Origin: an uncultured bacterium
Lineage (GTDB): Bacteria; Pseudomonadota; Gammaproteobacteria; Burkholderiales; SG8-39
DNA: 64,000 nucleotides
Assembly (NCBI GenBank): GCA_965233195.1
Contig: CBDDSB010000016.1
Location: 155,146 to 219,145 of the forward strand
Reading direction: 5' to 3'
Shown here piece by piece: positions 53,060 through 64,000 of the stretch. A program made the position numbers and the translations under genes. The notes beneath the pieces are model-generated. The model had not been told where the DNA came from. It did no database searches and saw only the letters and a list, made by a program, of their open reading frames with translations. Position 1 is the stretch's first letter, and every line of letters starts with the position of its first letter.

Positions 53060-53343
53060 TCCGTCGCGAAGGGCGGCGCATCGTGGTAAGCGGTCCGGTG
53101 ACGCTGGCCAACGTCGCCAAGCTGCTGGACGAAGGCCGCCTGCACCTCGCCGAAGGGGCTGGCGCGGTGGACCTTGGCGAGGTCACCGAGATGGATTCGG
53201 CGCTGCTCGCCCTCAGCCTCGCGTGGCTGCGCGATGCGCGGGCCGCCAACCGCGAGCTCGCCTTCATGAATCTGCCCGAGGCTTTGCAAACCCTGTCGCG
53301 CCTTTACGGCGTTGAATCCCTTCTCCCTGCCTCGAACACCTGA
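53056..53343 (+). CDS. mlaB: STAS domain protein (MlaB-like)
   Basis: 95 aa. Small STAS-like sequence after mlaC. The call rests mainly on synteny. Confidence 0.65.
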   Translation: MIRREGRRIVVSGPVTLANVAKLLDEGRLHLAEGAGAVDLGEVTEMDSALLALSLAWLRDARAANRELAFMNLPEALQTLSRLYGVESLLPASNT

Positions 53344-54202
53344 ACCAAGCCTGAACGCGATTGAAGTTCGCAGCATCGAGAAGCGCTATGGCGCGGTGCG
53401 CGCGCTTTCCGGCGTCAGCCTCGAGATCCCGCAGGGCGAATTCTTCGGACTGCTCGGACCCAACGGCGCCGGCAAGACCACGCTGATCAACATCGTCGCC
53501 GGGCTCGCGCGCGCCGACGCCGGCACGGTGTCGGTGATGGGTGCCGACACGGTCGCGAGCTACCGGCGCGCGCGCCGCATGCTCGGCGTGGTGCCGCAGG
53601 AGCTGGTGTTCGACCCGTTCTTCACGGTGCGCGAGACGCTGCGTCTGCAGTCGGGATACTTCGGCATCCGCGACAACGACGCGTGGATCGACGAGGTGAT
53701 GGAGCACCTCGACCTGGTGAGCAAGGCGCACGCCAATATGCGCTCGCTGTCGGGCGGCATGAAGCGCCGCGTTCTGATCGCGCAGGCGCTGGTGCACAAG
53801 CCGCCGGTCATCGTGCTGGACGAGCCCACCGCGGGCGTCGACGTCGAGCTGCGCCAGGATTTGTGGCAGTTCGTGCGCCGTCTCAACCGCGACGGCCACA
53901 CCATCGTGCTCACCACCCATTACCTGGAGGAGGCCGAGCTGCATTGCAGCCGGATCGCGATGCTCAAGGCCGGCCGCGTCGTTGCGCTCGACTCGACGCG
54001 CAACCTGCTCGCGCGTTTCTCCGGCTCGCGCACCAAGGCGCGCGTGATCGCGCGCGACGGCACGCAAATCGTCCTCGACCTGGCGGATTACGGTGAACTG
54101 GAACGCGAGCTTGCCAGACTGCGCGAGTCCGGGGTCCAGATCGCCGACCTCGAGCTCGACCGCCCCGACCTCGAGCAGGTCTTCCTGCGGCTCACGTCGT
54201 GA
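53312..54202 (+). CDS. ABC-2 type transporter ATP-binding protein (YadG-like)
   Basis: 296 aa. [24 protein letters not shown] and IVLDEPTAGVD. Confidence 0.85.
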   Translation: MNPFSLPRTPEPSLNAIEVRSIEKRYGAVRALSGVSLEIPQGEFFGLLGPNGAGKTTLINIVAGLARADAGTVSVMGADTVASYRRARRMLGVVPQELVFDPFFTVRETLRLQSGYFGIRDNDAWIDEVMEHLDLVSKAHANMRSLSGGMKRRVLIAQALVHKPPVIVLDEPTAGVDVELRQDLWQFVRRLNRDGHTIVLTTHYLEEAELHCSRIAMLKAGRVVALDSTRNLLARFSGSRTKARVIARDGTQIVLDLADYGELERELARLRESGVQIADLELDRPDLEQVFLRLTS

Positions 54203-54206
54203 TGAG

Positions 54207-54968
54207 ATGCGCTTGACGGGGTTCTCGACCCTATTCCGTAAGGAGATGCTGCGCTTCCTCAAGGTGAGCGTGCAGACCGTGGCCGCGCCGGTGCTGACCT
54301 CGGTGCTGTACCTCGTGATCTTCGGCCAGGTGCTGGAAGGCCGCCTGCGGGTGTTCGACGGGGTGCGCTACATCTCGTTCCTGGTGCCGGGCCTGGTGAT
54401 GATGAGCGTGCTGCAGAATGCGTTTGCCAACAGCTCGTCGAGCCTGATCCAGTCGAAAATCACCGGCAACATTGTCTTCGTCCTGCTCGCGCCGATCTCC
54501 TACCTGGAATTTTTCTGGGCGTACGTGGCGGCTTCGGTGGCGCGCGGCCTGGCGGTCGGCGGCGCGGTGCTCGCGGTGACGGCCTGGTTCGTCGAGCTGC
54601 GACTGGAGGCGCCGCTCTGGACCGCGGCGTTCGCGCTCCTCGGCGCCGCGCTTGCCGGCGCGCTCGGCCTGCTCGCCGGCATCGTCTCGGAGAAAATCGA
54701 CCAGCTCGCGGCGTTCCAGAACTTCGTCATCCTGCCGCTCACCATGCTGTCGGGCGTGTTCTACTCCATCCACTCGCTGCCGTCCTTCTGGCGCGAGCTT
54801 TCGCACGCCAACCCCTTCTTCTACATGATCGACGGCTTTCGCTATGGCTTCTTCGGTGCTTCCGACGTCGCCCCCGGCATCAGCCTGGCGCTGGTCGCGA
54901 CCGCATTCCTCGCGGTGGCCACTGCGTGCCTTATGCTGCTCAAATCCGGCTACAAACTGAGAACCTGA
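54207..54968 (+). CDS. ABC-2 type transporter permease (YadH-like)
   Basis: In-frame ATG at 54207 within ORF 54093-54968, 253 aa, polytopic. F.KE..RF.K N-terminus. Confidence 0.85.
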   Translation: MRLTGFSTLFRKEMLRFLKVSVQTVAAPVLTSVLYLVIFGQVLEGRLRVFDGVRYISFLVPGLVMMSVLQNAFANSSSSLIQSKITGNIVFVLLAPISYLEFFWAYVAASVARGLAVGGAVLAVTAWFVELRLEAPLWTAAFALLGAALAGALGLLAGIVSEKIDQLAAFQNFVILPLTMLSGVFYSIHSLPSFWRELSHANPFFYMIDGFRYGFFGASDVAPGISLALVATAFLAVATACLMLLKSGYKLRT

Positions 54969-55219
54969 TGGTCACTCCTGAAAGCGTAAAAAGCGGCATC
55001 GAAAGCGGCCTTGCGTGCGAGCACCTGGAGGTGATCGGCGACGGTCAGCACTTCCAGGCCGTGATCGTCTCGGCGCAATTCGCCGGCAAAAGCCGCGTCC
55101 AGCGCCACCAGCTGGTGTATGCCGCGCTCGGCGATCGCATGCGCGAAGAAATTCACGCGCTCTCCATGCAGACGCTGACGCCCGAGGAATGGAATAAAAA
55201 AGACAGAATTGGCGGGTAG
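54968..55219 (+). CDS. BolA family protein (IbaG/YrbA-like)
   Basis: Internal Met of ORF 54926-55219, 83 aa. F.G.SRV.RH..VY motif. Upstream of murA, as in many Proteobacteria. Confidence 0.8.
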   Translation: MVTPESVKSGIESGLACEHLEVIGDGQHFQAVIVSAQFAGKSRVQRHQLVYAALGDRMREEIHALSMQTLTPEEWNKKDRIGG

Positions 55220-56479
<1,260 letters not shown>

Positions 56480-56541
56480 GGATTGCTGTAGAATGCGCGC
56501 CCCTGTCACGGTTTCCGAGGCGATTTCCCGGATGGTTGCAC

Positions 56542-57186
56542 ATGGCGAGCATCAGCATTGCGCTTTCGAAGGGGCGGATCTTCGACGAGACCGCACCGCT
56601 GCTCGCGCGCGTCGGCATCCGGCCTCGGGCTGACCCGGAAACTTCGCGCAAGCTCGTCATCGCCACCAACCGCCGCGACCTGCGGCTGGTCGTAGTCCGG
56701 GCGAGCGACACCCCCACTTACGTGCAGCACGGCGGCGCCGACATCGGCATCGCGGGACGCGACGTGCTGGTCGAGCACGGCGGCGAAGGCCTGTACCAGC
56801 CGGTCGACCTCGGGATCGCCCCGTGCCGCATGGTGGTCGCGGTCAAGAAGGGCTTCGGCTACGCCGCGGCGGTGCGCCAGGGCGCGCGCTTGCGCGTCGC
56901 CACCAAGTACATCAACACCGCGCGCGAGCACTTCGCCGCCAAGGGCGTGCACGTCGACCTCATCCGCCTCTACGGCTCGATGGAGCTCGCGCCGCTGCTC
57001 GGCCTTGCCGACGCGATCGTCGATCTCGTCGCCACCGGCAACACGCTGAAGGCGAACGGGCTGGTGGCGGTGGAAGAGATCATGGCGGTGTCGGCGCGGC
57101 TGATCGTCAACCAGGCGGCGCTCAAGACCAAGCGCGCGACACTGCAGCCGTTGATCGACGCCTTTGCCAAGGCTTGCGTCAAGTGA
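56542..57186 (+). CDS. hisG: ATP phosphoribosyltransferase, short form
   Basis: In-frame ATG within ORF 55540-57186, 214 aa. [28 protein letters not shown] and [14 protein letters not shown]. The short form implies a HisZ partner elsewhere. Confidence 0.92.
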   Translation: MASISIALSKGRIFDETAPLLARVGIRPRADPETSRKLVIATNRRDLRLVVVRASDTPTYVQHGGADIGIAGRDVLVEHGGEGLYQPVDLGIAPCRMVVAVKKGFGYAAAVRQGARLRVATKYINTAREHFAAKGVHVDLIRLYGSMELAPLLGLADAIVDLVATGNTLKANGLVAVEEIMAVSARLIVNQAALKTKRATLQPLIDAFAKACVK

Positions 57187-57191
57187 TAAAA

Positions 57192-58448
57192 ATGCGCCGT
57201 CTTTCAACCAAAGACCAGGGGTTCGAAGGCAAGTTAAAAGCCCTCACGCGCGACGACGCCGCGCAGGATCCGGCGGTGCAGAAGGCGGTGCGCAAGATCC
57301 TCGCCGACGTACGCAAGCGCGGCGACGCGGCGGTGCGCGCGTACACGAAGAAATTCGACGGGGTATCCCCTCGGCGGTTCGAGCTCACTCCAGACCTCAT
57401 CGACGCCATCCCGCGCGAGCAGGCCGACGCCCTGCGCGCCGCGCACCAGCGAATCAAGACGTTCCACGACCGCCAGCTGCAGAAATCCTGGGACTTCACC
57501 GACGCCGACGGCACCCGCCTCGGGCAGCAGGTAACCGCGCTCGAGCGCGTGGGTCTGTACGTGCCCGGCGGCAAGGCCGCGTACCCGTCGTCGGTGCTGA
57601 TGAACGCGGTGCCGGCGAAGGTGGCCGGCGTGCGTGAGCTCATCATGGCGAGCCCCAACCCCAATCCGCTCGTGCTGGCGGCGGCCGCGCTCGCCGGCGT
57701 GGATCGCGTGCTCGGCATTGGCGGCGCGCAGGCGATCGGGGCGCTTGCCTACGGCACGAAATCTATCCCGCGCGTCGACAAGATCGTGGGTCCCGGCAAC
57801 GCCTACGTCGCCGAGGCCAAGCGCCAGGTTTTCGGCGAGGTGGGCATCGACATGATCGCGGGTCCCTCCGAGATCCTGGTCATCGCCGACGGCAGCACGC
57901 CGGCCGACTGGGTGGCGATGGACCTTTTCTCGCAGGCCGAGCACGACGAGTCAGCGCAGGCGATTCTGCTTTCGCCCGACGAGAAATACCTTGATGCGGT
58001 CGCCGCCTCGATTCGGCGATTGCTGGTGGAAATGCCAAGGCGGGACGTGATTGCCGCGTCCTTGAAAGCAAGGGGTGCGCTGATCCTGACGCGCAACCTC
58101 GAGGAAGCGTGCGCGGTGGCAAACCGCATCGCGCCCGAGCATCTCGAATTGTTGGTCGACCAGGCGGAGACCTGGCTGCCGAAGCTCACGCGCGCAGGCG
58201 CGATCTTCCTGGGGCGCTGGAGCTCCGAGGCCATCGGCGACTACTGCGCCGGTCCGAACCACGTGCTGCCCACCGCCGGAACGGCGCGCTTCTCGTCGCC
58301 GCTGGGCGTGTATGACTTCCAGAAGCGAACCAGTGTGATCGGCGTGTCGAAGCAAGGGGCGCAGACGCTGGGCCGGGTCGCGGCCACGCTGGCCGCGGGC
58401 GAAGGGTTAAGCGCGCACGCGCGAGCGGCGGAAATGAGATTCGAATGA
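57192..58448 (+). CDS. hisD: histidinol dehydrogenase
   Basis: In-frame ATG within ORF 56823-58448, 418 aa. [29 protein letters not shown] and QAEHDE motifs. Confidence 0.93.
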   Translation: MRRLSTKDQGFEGKLKALTRDDAAQDPAVQKAVRKILADVRKRGDAAVRAYTKKFDGVSPRRFELTPDLIDAIPREQADALRAAHQRIKTFHDRQLQKSWDFTDADGTRLGQQVTALERVGLYVPGGKAAYPSSVLMNAVPAKVAGVRELIMASPNPNPLVLAAAALAGVDRVLGIGGAQAIGALAYGTKSIPRVDKIVGPGNAYVAEAKRQVFGEVGIDMIAGPSEILVIADGSTPADWVAMDLFSQAEHDESAQAILLSPDEKYLDAVAASIRRLLVEMPRRDVIAASLKARGALILTRNLEEACAVANRIAPEHLELLVDQAETWLPKLTRAGAIFLGRWSSEAIGDYCAGPNHVLPTAGTARFSSPLGVYDFQKRTSVIGVSKQGAQTLGRVAATLAAGEGLSAHARAAEMRFE

Positions 58449-58458
58449 GGCAATTCGA

Positions 58459-59514
58459 ATGAAGCCCGAAGATCTGGTGCGGCCCGAGATCCTCGCCCTC
58501 AAGGCGTATCCGGTGCCCTCCTCGGAAGGCATGGTGAAGCTCGACGCGATGGAAAATCCGTACCCGCTGCCCGAGTACCTGCGTCGCGAGCTCGCGGCGG
58601 TCCTCGCGCGCGTCGACGTCAATCGCTATCCGACGCCGAGCCCAAGCCAGCTGCGCGATGCCATCGCGCGGCGCATGAATGTGCCGGCTGGCATGGAGGT
58701 CCTGCTCGGCAACGGCTCCGACGAGCTGATCCAGATCCTGATCACGGCCCTGGCGCGACCGGGCGCGGCGATGATGTATCCGTCGCCGACCTTCGTCATG
58801 TATTCGATGGGGGCCACCTTCAGCGGCATGCGCGCACTGCCGGTGCCGCTGCGCGAGGACTTCTCGCTCGACGCCGAAACGTTCATCGCGCGCATGCAGG
58901 CTGAGAAGCCGGCGCTGGTGTTTCTCGCCTATCCGAATAATCCGACCGGCGTGCTCTATCCGGAAGCCGATGTCGTCAAGATCATCCGCGCCTGCGGGGG
59001 GCTGGTGGTGCTGGACGAGGCCTACCACGTGTTCGCCGGCAAGAGCTTTCTGCCGCGACTGGCCGAGTTCGACAATCTGGTGGTGATCCGCACGGTATCC
59101 AAGCTGGGGCTTGCCGGCATCCGGCTGGGCTATCTCGTCGGCCGCCCGGAATGGGTCGCGCAACTCGACAAGGTACGTCCGCCATACAACGTCAGCGTGC
59201 TTACGCAGGCCGCGGCGCTGTTCATGCTCGAGCGGCTCGATGTGCTCGAGGAGCAGGCGGCTCGCATCAAGGCCGAGAGGTCAAAGCTCGGTGACGCCTT
59301 GAAGGGCCTGAAGGGCGTTACGGTGTTCCCATCGGAGGCAAACTTTTTTCTGATCCGCGTGCCGGACGCTGATCGCAGCTACGAGGCACTCAAGGAGCAG
59401 AACGTGCTGGTGCGCAACCTGAACCCCGGCATTCGTAACTGTCTGCGCGTCACGGTCGGCACGCCGGACGAAAACCGTATACTGATCACCGCTTTGCGCG
59501 AAGCCCTGTCATGA
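58459..59514 (+). CDS. hisC: histidinol-phosphate aminotransferase
   Basis: 351 aa. [16 protein letters not shown], and the PLP lysine region [15 protein letters not shown]. Confidence 0.92.
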   Translation: MKPEDLVRPEILALKAYPVPSSEGMVKLDAMENPYPLPEYLRRELAAVLARVDVNRYPTPSPSQLRDAIARRMNVPAGMEVLLGNGSDELIQILITALARPGAAMMYPSPTFVMYSMGATFSGMRALPVPLREDFSLDAETFIARMQAEKPALVFLAYPNNPTGVLYPEADVVKIIRACGGLVVLDEAYHVFAGKSFLPRLAEFDNLVVIRTVSKLGLAGIRLGYLVGRPEWVAQLDKVRPPYNVSVLTQAAALFMLERLDVLEEQAARIKAERSKLGDALKGLKGVTVFPSEANFFLIRVPDADRSYEALKEQNVLVRNLNPGIRNCLRVTVGTPDENRILITALREALS

Positions 59515-60098
59515 GAACCGCGGAAGTCACCCGAAACACCAAAGAGACGCAGATCCGCGTCAAGGTCAACCTCGACGGCAAGGGGATGGCCAAGCTTTCG
59601 ACCGGCGTGCCGTTCCTCGAACACATGCTCGACCAGGTGGCGCGCCACGCCATGCTGGACCTCGACATCGAGGCCAAGGGCGACCTGCACATCGATGGTC
59701 ACCACACGGTCGAGGACATCGGCATCACGCTCGGCCAGGCGGTGGCCAAGGCCATCGGCGACAAGGCTGGCGTGCGCCGCTTCGGCCACGCCTACGTGCC
59801 GCTCGACGAGGCGCTGTCGCGGGTGGTGCTCGACTTTTCCGGGCGCCCGGGCCTCGAGTACCACGTCAAGTTCACGCGCGCCCTGATCGGCGAGTTCGAC
59901 GTCGACCTGATGCACGAGTTTTTCCAGGGCTTCGTCAACCACGCCCAGGTGACGCTGCACATCGACAACCTGCGCGGCGACAACGCGCACCACCAGTGCG
60001 AGACCATGTTCAAGGCGTTCGCGCGCGCCCTGCGCATGGCGGCCGAGCCCGACCCGCGCACCGCGGGCACCGTGCCATCGACCAAGGGCAGCCTTTAG
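59511..60098 (+). CDS. hisB: imidazoleglycerol-phosphate dehydratase
   Basis: 195 aa. [23 protein letters not shown] and [15 protein letters not shown] motifs. Confidence 0.95.
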   Translation: MRTAEVTRNTKETQIRVKVNLDGKGMAKLSTGVPFLEHMLDQVARHAMLDLDIEAKGDLHIDGHHTVEDIGITLGQAVAKAIGDKAGVRRFGHAYVPLDEALSRVVLDFSGRPGLEYHVKFTRALIGEFDVDLMHEFFQGFVNHAQVTLHIDNLRGDNAHHQCETMFKAFARALRMAAEPDPRTAGTVPSTKGSL

Positions 60099-60099
60099 C

Positions 60100-60711
60100 T
60101 TGAAGATCGCGGTGGTGGACTACGGCATGGGCAACCTGCGCTCGGTGTCGAAGGCGCTGGAGCATGTCGCGCCCGGCGCCGAGGTGCAGCTGACCGCCGA
60201 TCCGGAGAAGATTCTCTCGGCGGAGCGCATCGTGGTTCCGGGCCAGGGCGCGATGCCCGACTGCATGCGCCAGCTCGAGGCGAGCGGGGCGCGCGCGGCG
60301 GTGGTGGAAGCGACGCGCGCCAAGCCCTTCCTCGGCATTTGTATCGGCCTCCAGATGCTGTTCGAGCGCGGTGAGGAAGGCGACGCCGCCGGGCTCGGGG
60401 TGCTGGGGGGTCGGGTACCGCGCTTTGCGGTCTCAGGCTTGAAGATCCCGCACATCGGCTGGAACGAGGTGATGCAGGAGCGGTCACACCCCCTGTGGTC
60501 GGGGATTCCGGACCGCAGCCGCTTCTATTTCGTGCACAGCTACTACCCTGCGCCGCGCGATGCGGCACTGACGGCCGCGACCTCGGTCTACGGCACGCCC
60601 TTTACCTGCGCCATCGCCCGGGATAATATTTTCGCGGTCCAGTTCCATCCTGAAAAAAGCGCCTCCGCCGGCCTTCAGCTCCTCTCCAATTTCGTGCGCT
60701 GGCGTCCCTGA
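60100..60711 (+). CDS. hisH: imidazole glycerol phosphate synthase, glutamine amidotransferase subunit
   Basis: 203 aa, TTG start. VVDYGMGNLRSV, GICIGLQML (catalytic Cys) and VQFHPEKS. Confidence 0.93.
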   Translation: MKIAVVDYGMGNLRSVSKALEHVAPGAEVQLTADPEKILSAERIVVPGQGAMPDCMRQLEASGARAAVVEATRAKPFLGICIGLQMLFERGEEGDAAGLGVLGGRVPRFAVSGLKIPHIGWNEVMQERSHPLWSGIPDRSRFYFVHSYYPAPRDAALTAATSVYGTPFTCAIARDNIFAVQFHPEKSASAGLQLLSNFVRWRP

Positions 60712-60730
60712 TTTGTGAATAGAGCACTCC

Positions 60731-61480
60731 GTGCTCATCATCCCGGCTATTGACCTGAAAGACGGCCGCTGCGTGCGCCTGAAGCAAGGCGACATGAGCA
60801 CGGCGACCGTGTTCTCCGAGGACCCGGTGGCCATGGCGCGCCACTGGGCCGGGCTCGGCGCCAAGCGCCTGCACATCGTCGACCTGAACGGCGCGATCGC
60901 CGGCCGGCCGAAGAACGAGCGCGTGATCCGCGAGATGATCGCCGCGGTCGGCGACAAGACCGCGATCCAGCTCGGCGGCGGGATCCGCGACCTCGACGCG
61001 ATCGAGAGCTACCTCGACGCCGGGGTGACCTACGTGATCATCGGCACCGCCGCGGTGAAGAATCCCGGCTTCCTGTCGGACGCGTGCTACGCGTTCCCCG
61101 GCCATGTCATCGCCGGCCTGGACGCGAAGGACGGCAAGGTCGCGGTCGAGGGCTGGTCGAAGCTCACCGGGCACGACGTGGTGGATCTCGCGAAGAAGTA
61201 CGAGGAGTACGGCATCGAGGCACTGATCTACACCGACATCGGCCGCGACGGCATGATGAGCGGGATCAACATCGAGGCCACGCTCAAGCTCGCCCAGCAG
61301 CTGAAGACGCCGATCATCGCTTCGGGCGGCCTCAACAGCCTGGAGGACGTGCAGGCCATCTGCCAGAAGCTGGCCCCGGAAGGCGTGATCGGTGCCATCG
61401 CCGGGCGTGCGCTCTACGAGGGAAAAATCGAGCTGCAGAAGGCGCAGGCCACGGCCAACAAGGCGCTGGGGAAGGAATAG
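60731..61480 (+). CDS. hisA: ProFAR isomerase
   Basis: 249 aa, GTG start. [15 protein letters not shown] and IASGGL motifs. Confidence 0.93.
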   Translation: MLIIPAIDLKDGRCVRLKQGDMSTATVFSEDPVAMARHWAGLGAKRLHIVDLNGAIAGRPKNERVIREMIAAVGDKTAIQLGGGIRDLDAIESYLDAGVTYVIIGTAAVKNPGFLSDACYAFPGHVIAGLDAKDGKVAVEGWSKLTGHDVVDLAKKYEEYGIEALIYTDIGRDGMMSGINIEATLKLAQQLKTPIIASGGLNSLEDVQAICQKLAPEGVIGAIAGRALYEGKIELQKAQATANKALGKE

Positions 61481-61503
61481 CGTGCCGTTGGAGGACTGGC
61501 GAG

Positions 61504-62262
61504 ATGCCTCTAGCTAAACGCGTGATCCCTTGCCTGGACGTGAACGCGGGCCGGGTGGTGAAAGGCGTCAACTTCGTCGGCCTGCGCGACGCCGGCGACC
61601 CGGTGGAGATCGCGGCGCGCTACGACGGCGAGGGTGCCGACGAAGTCTGCTTCCTCGACATCACGGCGAGCTCGGACGAGCGCGACCTGCTGTTGCACGT
61701 GATCGAGGCGGTGGCCGAGCGCGTGTTCATACCCCTGACCGTGGGCGGCGGCGTGCGCCAGGTCAATGACGTGCGGCGCCTGCTCAATGCCGGCGCCGAC
61801 AAGGTCTCGATCAACACCGCCGCGGTGCAGAACCCGCAGCTGGTGCGCGACGCCTCCAGTATTGTCGGTAACCAGTGCATCGTCGTCGCGATCGATGCCA
61901 AGAAGAGCGCTGCCGGCTGGGAGGTCTACACCCATGGAGGCCGCCGGGCCACGGGGATCGATGTCGTTCAATGGGCGAAGCGCATGGCCGATGCGGGCGC
62001 CGGCGAGATTCTGCTCACCAGCATGGACCGCGACGGCACACGCGATGGCTTCGACCTCGCGCTCACGCGGGCGGTCGCCGATGCCGTCAGCGTGCCGGTC
62101 ATCGCTTCCGGCGGCGTCGGCTCGGTCGAGCATCTGGCCGACGGCGTGCTCGAAGGCCGCGCCGACGCGGTGCTCGCCGCGAGCGTGTTCCATTTCGGCG
62201 ATTTCACCGTTCGTGCCGCGAAAGAACACATGCGCACGCGCGGCATCGAGGTTCGCTTATGA
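61504..62262 (+). CDS. hisF: imidazole glycerol phosphate synthase, cyclase subunit
   Basis: In-frame ATG within ORF 61084-62262, 252 aa. [21 protein letters not shown] and IASGGVG. Confidence 0.95.
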   Translation: MPLAKRVIPCLDVNAGRVVKGVNFVGLRDAGDPVEIAARYDGEGADEVCFLDITASSDERDLLLHVIEAVAERVFIPLTVGGGVRQVNDVRRLLNAGADKVSINTAAVQNPQLVRDASSIVGNQCIVVAIDAKKSAAGWEVYTHGGRRATGIDVVQWAKRMADAGAGEILLTSMDRDGTRDGFDLALTRAVADAVSVPVIASGGVGSVEHLADGVLEGRADAVLAASVFHFGDFTVRAAKEHMRTRGIEVRL

Positions 62263-62642
62263 GTTTCCTGGATGAAGTTCCGTGGAATGGCGACGGGCTG
62301 ATCGCTGCGGTGGCGCAGGATGCCTATAGCGGCCGGGTCCTGACCGTCGCGTGGATGAATCGCGATGCGCTGCGCGAGACCGCAGAGAAGCGCGAAGCGG
62401 TCTACTGGTCGCGCTCGCGCCAGCGGCTGTGGCGCAAGGGCGAGGAGTCGGGCCACGTGCAGATGGTGGTCGAGGTCCGCCTCGACTGCGACGCCGACGC
62501 GGTGCTGCTCAAGGTGCAGCAAGCCGGGGGCATCGCCTGCCACACTGGCCGCGAAAGCTGCTTCTTCCGTAAACTCGAGAATGGAAAGTGGACCACGGTC
62601 GATCCGGTGCTCAAGGATCCGGCGCTGATCTACAAGAAATGA
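62259..62642 (+). CDS. hisI: phosphoribosyl-AMP cyclohydrolase
   Basis: In-frame ATG within ORF 61875-62642, 127 aa. [18 protein letters not shown] and CHTGRESCF. Confidence 0.92.
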   Translation: MSFLDEVPWNGDGLIAAVAQDAYSGRVLTVAWMNRDALRETAEKREAVYWSRSRQRLWRKGEESGHVQMVVEVRLDCDADAVLLKVQQAGGIACHTGRESCFFRKLENGKWTTVDPVLKDPALIYKK

Positions 62643-62956
62643 AAAACATCCTGGAACGAATCGCGGACTCGATCCACGAGCGCAAGGACGGCGACCCGAC
62701 CAAGTCCTACGTCGCGAAGCTGTTCGCTCAGGGCGAAGACGCGATGCTGAAGAAAATCGGCGAGGAGGCGACCGAAACCGTGCTCGCGGCGAAGAGCGGC
62801 GATCGCCTGCACCTGGTGCGCGAAGTCACCGACCTGTGGTTCCACTGCATGATCGTGCTCGAGCGCCACGGCCTCGGGCCGGCCGACGTGCTGGCGGAGA
62901 TGCAGCGGCGCGAAGGCATCTCCGGCCTCGACGAAAAGGCAGCACGGAAAAAATGA
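62639..62956 (+). CDS. hisE: phosphoribosyl-ATP pyrophosphatase
   Basis: In-frame ATG within ORF 62588-62956, 105 aa. SYVAKLF..G.....KKIGEEATE and E..DL.FH motifs. Confidence 0.9.
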   Translation: MKNILERIADSIHERKDGDPTKSYVAKLFAQGEDAMLKKIGEEATETVLAAKSGDRLHLVREVTDLWFHCMIVLERHGLGPADVLAEMQRREGISGLDEKAARKK

Positions 62957-63324
62957 CCAAAGACGCGACTGAGCCCAACTGCCTTTTTTGCAAGATCGTG
63001 CGCGGCGAGATCCCGTCGAAGAAGATCTTCGACGACGCCGAAGTGATGGCATTCCACGACATTCGCCCGCAGGCGCCGGTTCACCTGCTGATCATCCCGA
63101 AGATGCACATCGCGACGCTGTACGACGCGCAGCCCGCCCACCAGTCAGCGCTCGGCAAGATGCTTGCCGTCGCCGGGCGCCTCGCGCGCGAAGCCGGCGC
63201 CACCGACGGCTTCCGCACCATCATCAACAACGGCAGGGTGGGCCATCAGGAGGTGTATCATGTTCATATGCACGTCTTGGGCGGGCCCGATCCTTTAGGC
63301 TCTATGCTCCAGAGGCACCGATAG
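62953..63324 (+). CDS. HIT (histidine triad) family protein
   Basis: In-frame ATG within ORF 62836-63324, 123 aa. [13 protein letters not shown] and the triad HVHMHVLGG. Confidence 0.88.
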   Translation: MTKDATEPNCLFCKIVRGEIPSKKIFDDAEVMAFHDIRPQAPVHLLIIPKMHIATLYDAQPAHQSALGKMLAVAGRLAREAGATDGFRTIINNGRVGHQEVYHVHMHVLGGPDPLGSMLQRHR

Positions 63325-63334
63325 GAGAAGGAAT

Positions 63335-63574
63335 ATGGGCTCGTTCAGCATCTGGCATTGGCTGATCGTTCTGGTGATCGTGATGCTGATCTTCGGCACG
63401 AAGAAGCTGCGCAACATGGGCACCGACCTTGGCGGCGCGGTGCGCGGCTTCAAGGACGGCATGCGCGAAGGCGGCGGCGAGAAGTCGGCCGAAGCCGCCA
63501 TGCCGCCGGCGCACCAGGTCAGCGGCAAGACGGTCGAAGGCGAAGTGAAGGGCAAGACCGAGCAGAAGGCCTGA
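63335..63574 (+). CDS. tatA: twin-arginine translocase subunit TatA
   Basis: 79 aa. [36 protein letters not shown]. Confidence 0.92.
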   Translation: MGSFSIWHWLIVLVIVMLIFGTKKLRNMGTDLGGAVRGFKDGMREGGGEKSAEAAMPPAHQVSGKTVEGEVKGKTEQKA

Positions 63575-63596
63575 TCGCCCGGTCCGGTTCCACGCC

Positions 63597-63624
63597 AAAG
63601 GCGCCCAGCGGGCGCCTTTTTGTT
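63597..63624 (+). terminator. rho-independent terminator/attenuator between tatA and tatB
   Basis: Perfect 10-bp stem AAAGGCGCCC / GGGCGCCTTT with a 3-nt loop AGC, followed by a T-run (TTTTTGTT). Confidence 0.55.
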
Positions 63625-63635
63625 CATAGGGTCCG

Positions 63636-63977
63636 ATGTTCGATATAGGCTTTTCCGAGCTGATGGTGATCGGGGTGGTCGCGCTCATCGTGATCGGCCC
63701 CGAGAAGCTGCCGCGCATGGCGCGCACCGTCGGCCACCTCGCCGGGCGCCTGCAGCGCTATGTGTCCGACGTGAAGGCCGATATCAACCGCGAGATCGAG
63801 CTCGACGAGCTGCGCAAGATGCGCGACTCGATGCAGCAGGCGGCGAGCAACTTCGAGAGCACGGTACAGACCGAGATGCACAAGACCGAGACCGAGCTCA
63901 ACAAATCGGTCGAAGAAGTGGTGGCAGACACCCCTGCCGAGAAAAAACCTGACGAACCGAAGCCGCCGCCCGCATGA
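63636..63977 (+). CDS. tatB: twin-arginine translocase subunit TatB
   Basis: 113 aa. [33 protein letters not shown]. Confidence 0.9.
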   Translation: MFDIGFSELMVIGVVALIVIGPEKLPRMARTVGHLAGRLQRYVSDVKADINREIELDELRKMRDSMQQAASNFESTVQTEMHKTETELNKSVEEVVADTPAEKKPDEPKPPPA

Positions 63978-64000
63978 GCGACCAGGAAAGCTTCATCTCG
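63974..64000 (+). CDS. tatC: TatC, first 9 codons (runs off window edge)
   Basis: ATG at 63974 overlaps the tatB stop (ATGA). Reads MSDQESFIS. The call is from tatABC synteny only. Confidence 0.55.

Noticed and set aside
56480-56541. His-operon leader peptide/attenuator or promoter (TAGAAT at about 56491) between murA and hisG
   Set aside because: The 62-nt gap has no run of His codons and no terminator hairpin. The TAGAAT hexamer lacks a convincing -35 partner at proper spacing.

Overview
GC-rich chromosomal window with gene content and synteny typical of a Betaproteobacterium. About 80 genes are tightly packed. No transposase, integrase, CRISPR array or rRNA was seen. Most of the window is conserved housekeeping. 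This includes rpoZ(partial)-gmk-yicC, rph-rdgB-hemW, trmB-thiG-thiS and one tRNA-Gly(CCC). It also includes a peptide-type ABC importer operon with an embedded M20 amidohydrolase, and mutY. The kdsD-kdsC-lptC-lptA-lptB-rpoN-hpf-ptsN-hprK-rapZ block is present, as are a CPA2 K+/H+ antiporter, mlaFEDACB, yadGH-like ABC-2 genes, bolA-murA, hisGDCBHAFIE, a HIT gene and tatABC(partial). The one accessory-looking region is about 30.9-49.6 kb. It holds a compact type IV filament (T2SS/MSHA-like) locus with rearranged gene order and a reduced, unusual pilin set. The locus starts with a sigma-54 response regulator and abuts a polytopic histidine kinase. It is bracketed by an ABC ATPase on one side and an ABC-2-type permease on the other. 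A detached pilin gene sits behind a near-consensus sigma-54 (-24/-12) promoter. This locus is my best candidate for an undescribed or poorly described system. I cannot tell from sequence alone whether it is an adhesive pilus or a secretion machine. Many long ORFs in the six-frame track are GC-driven shadow ORFs and were rejected. All family assignments come from motif recognition by eye, not from database searches.
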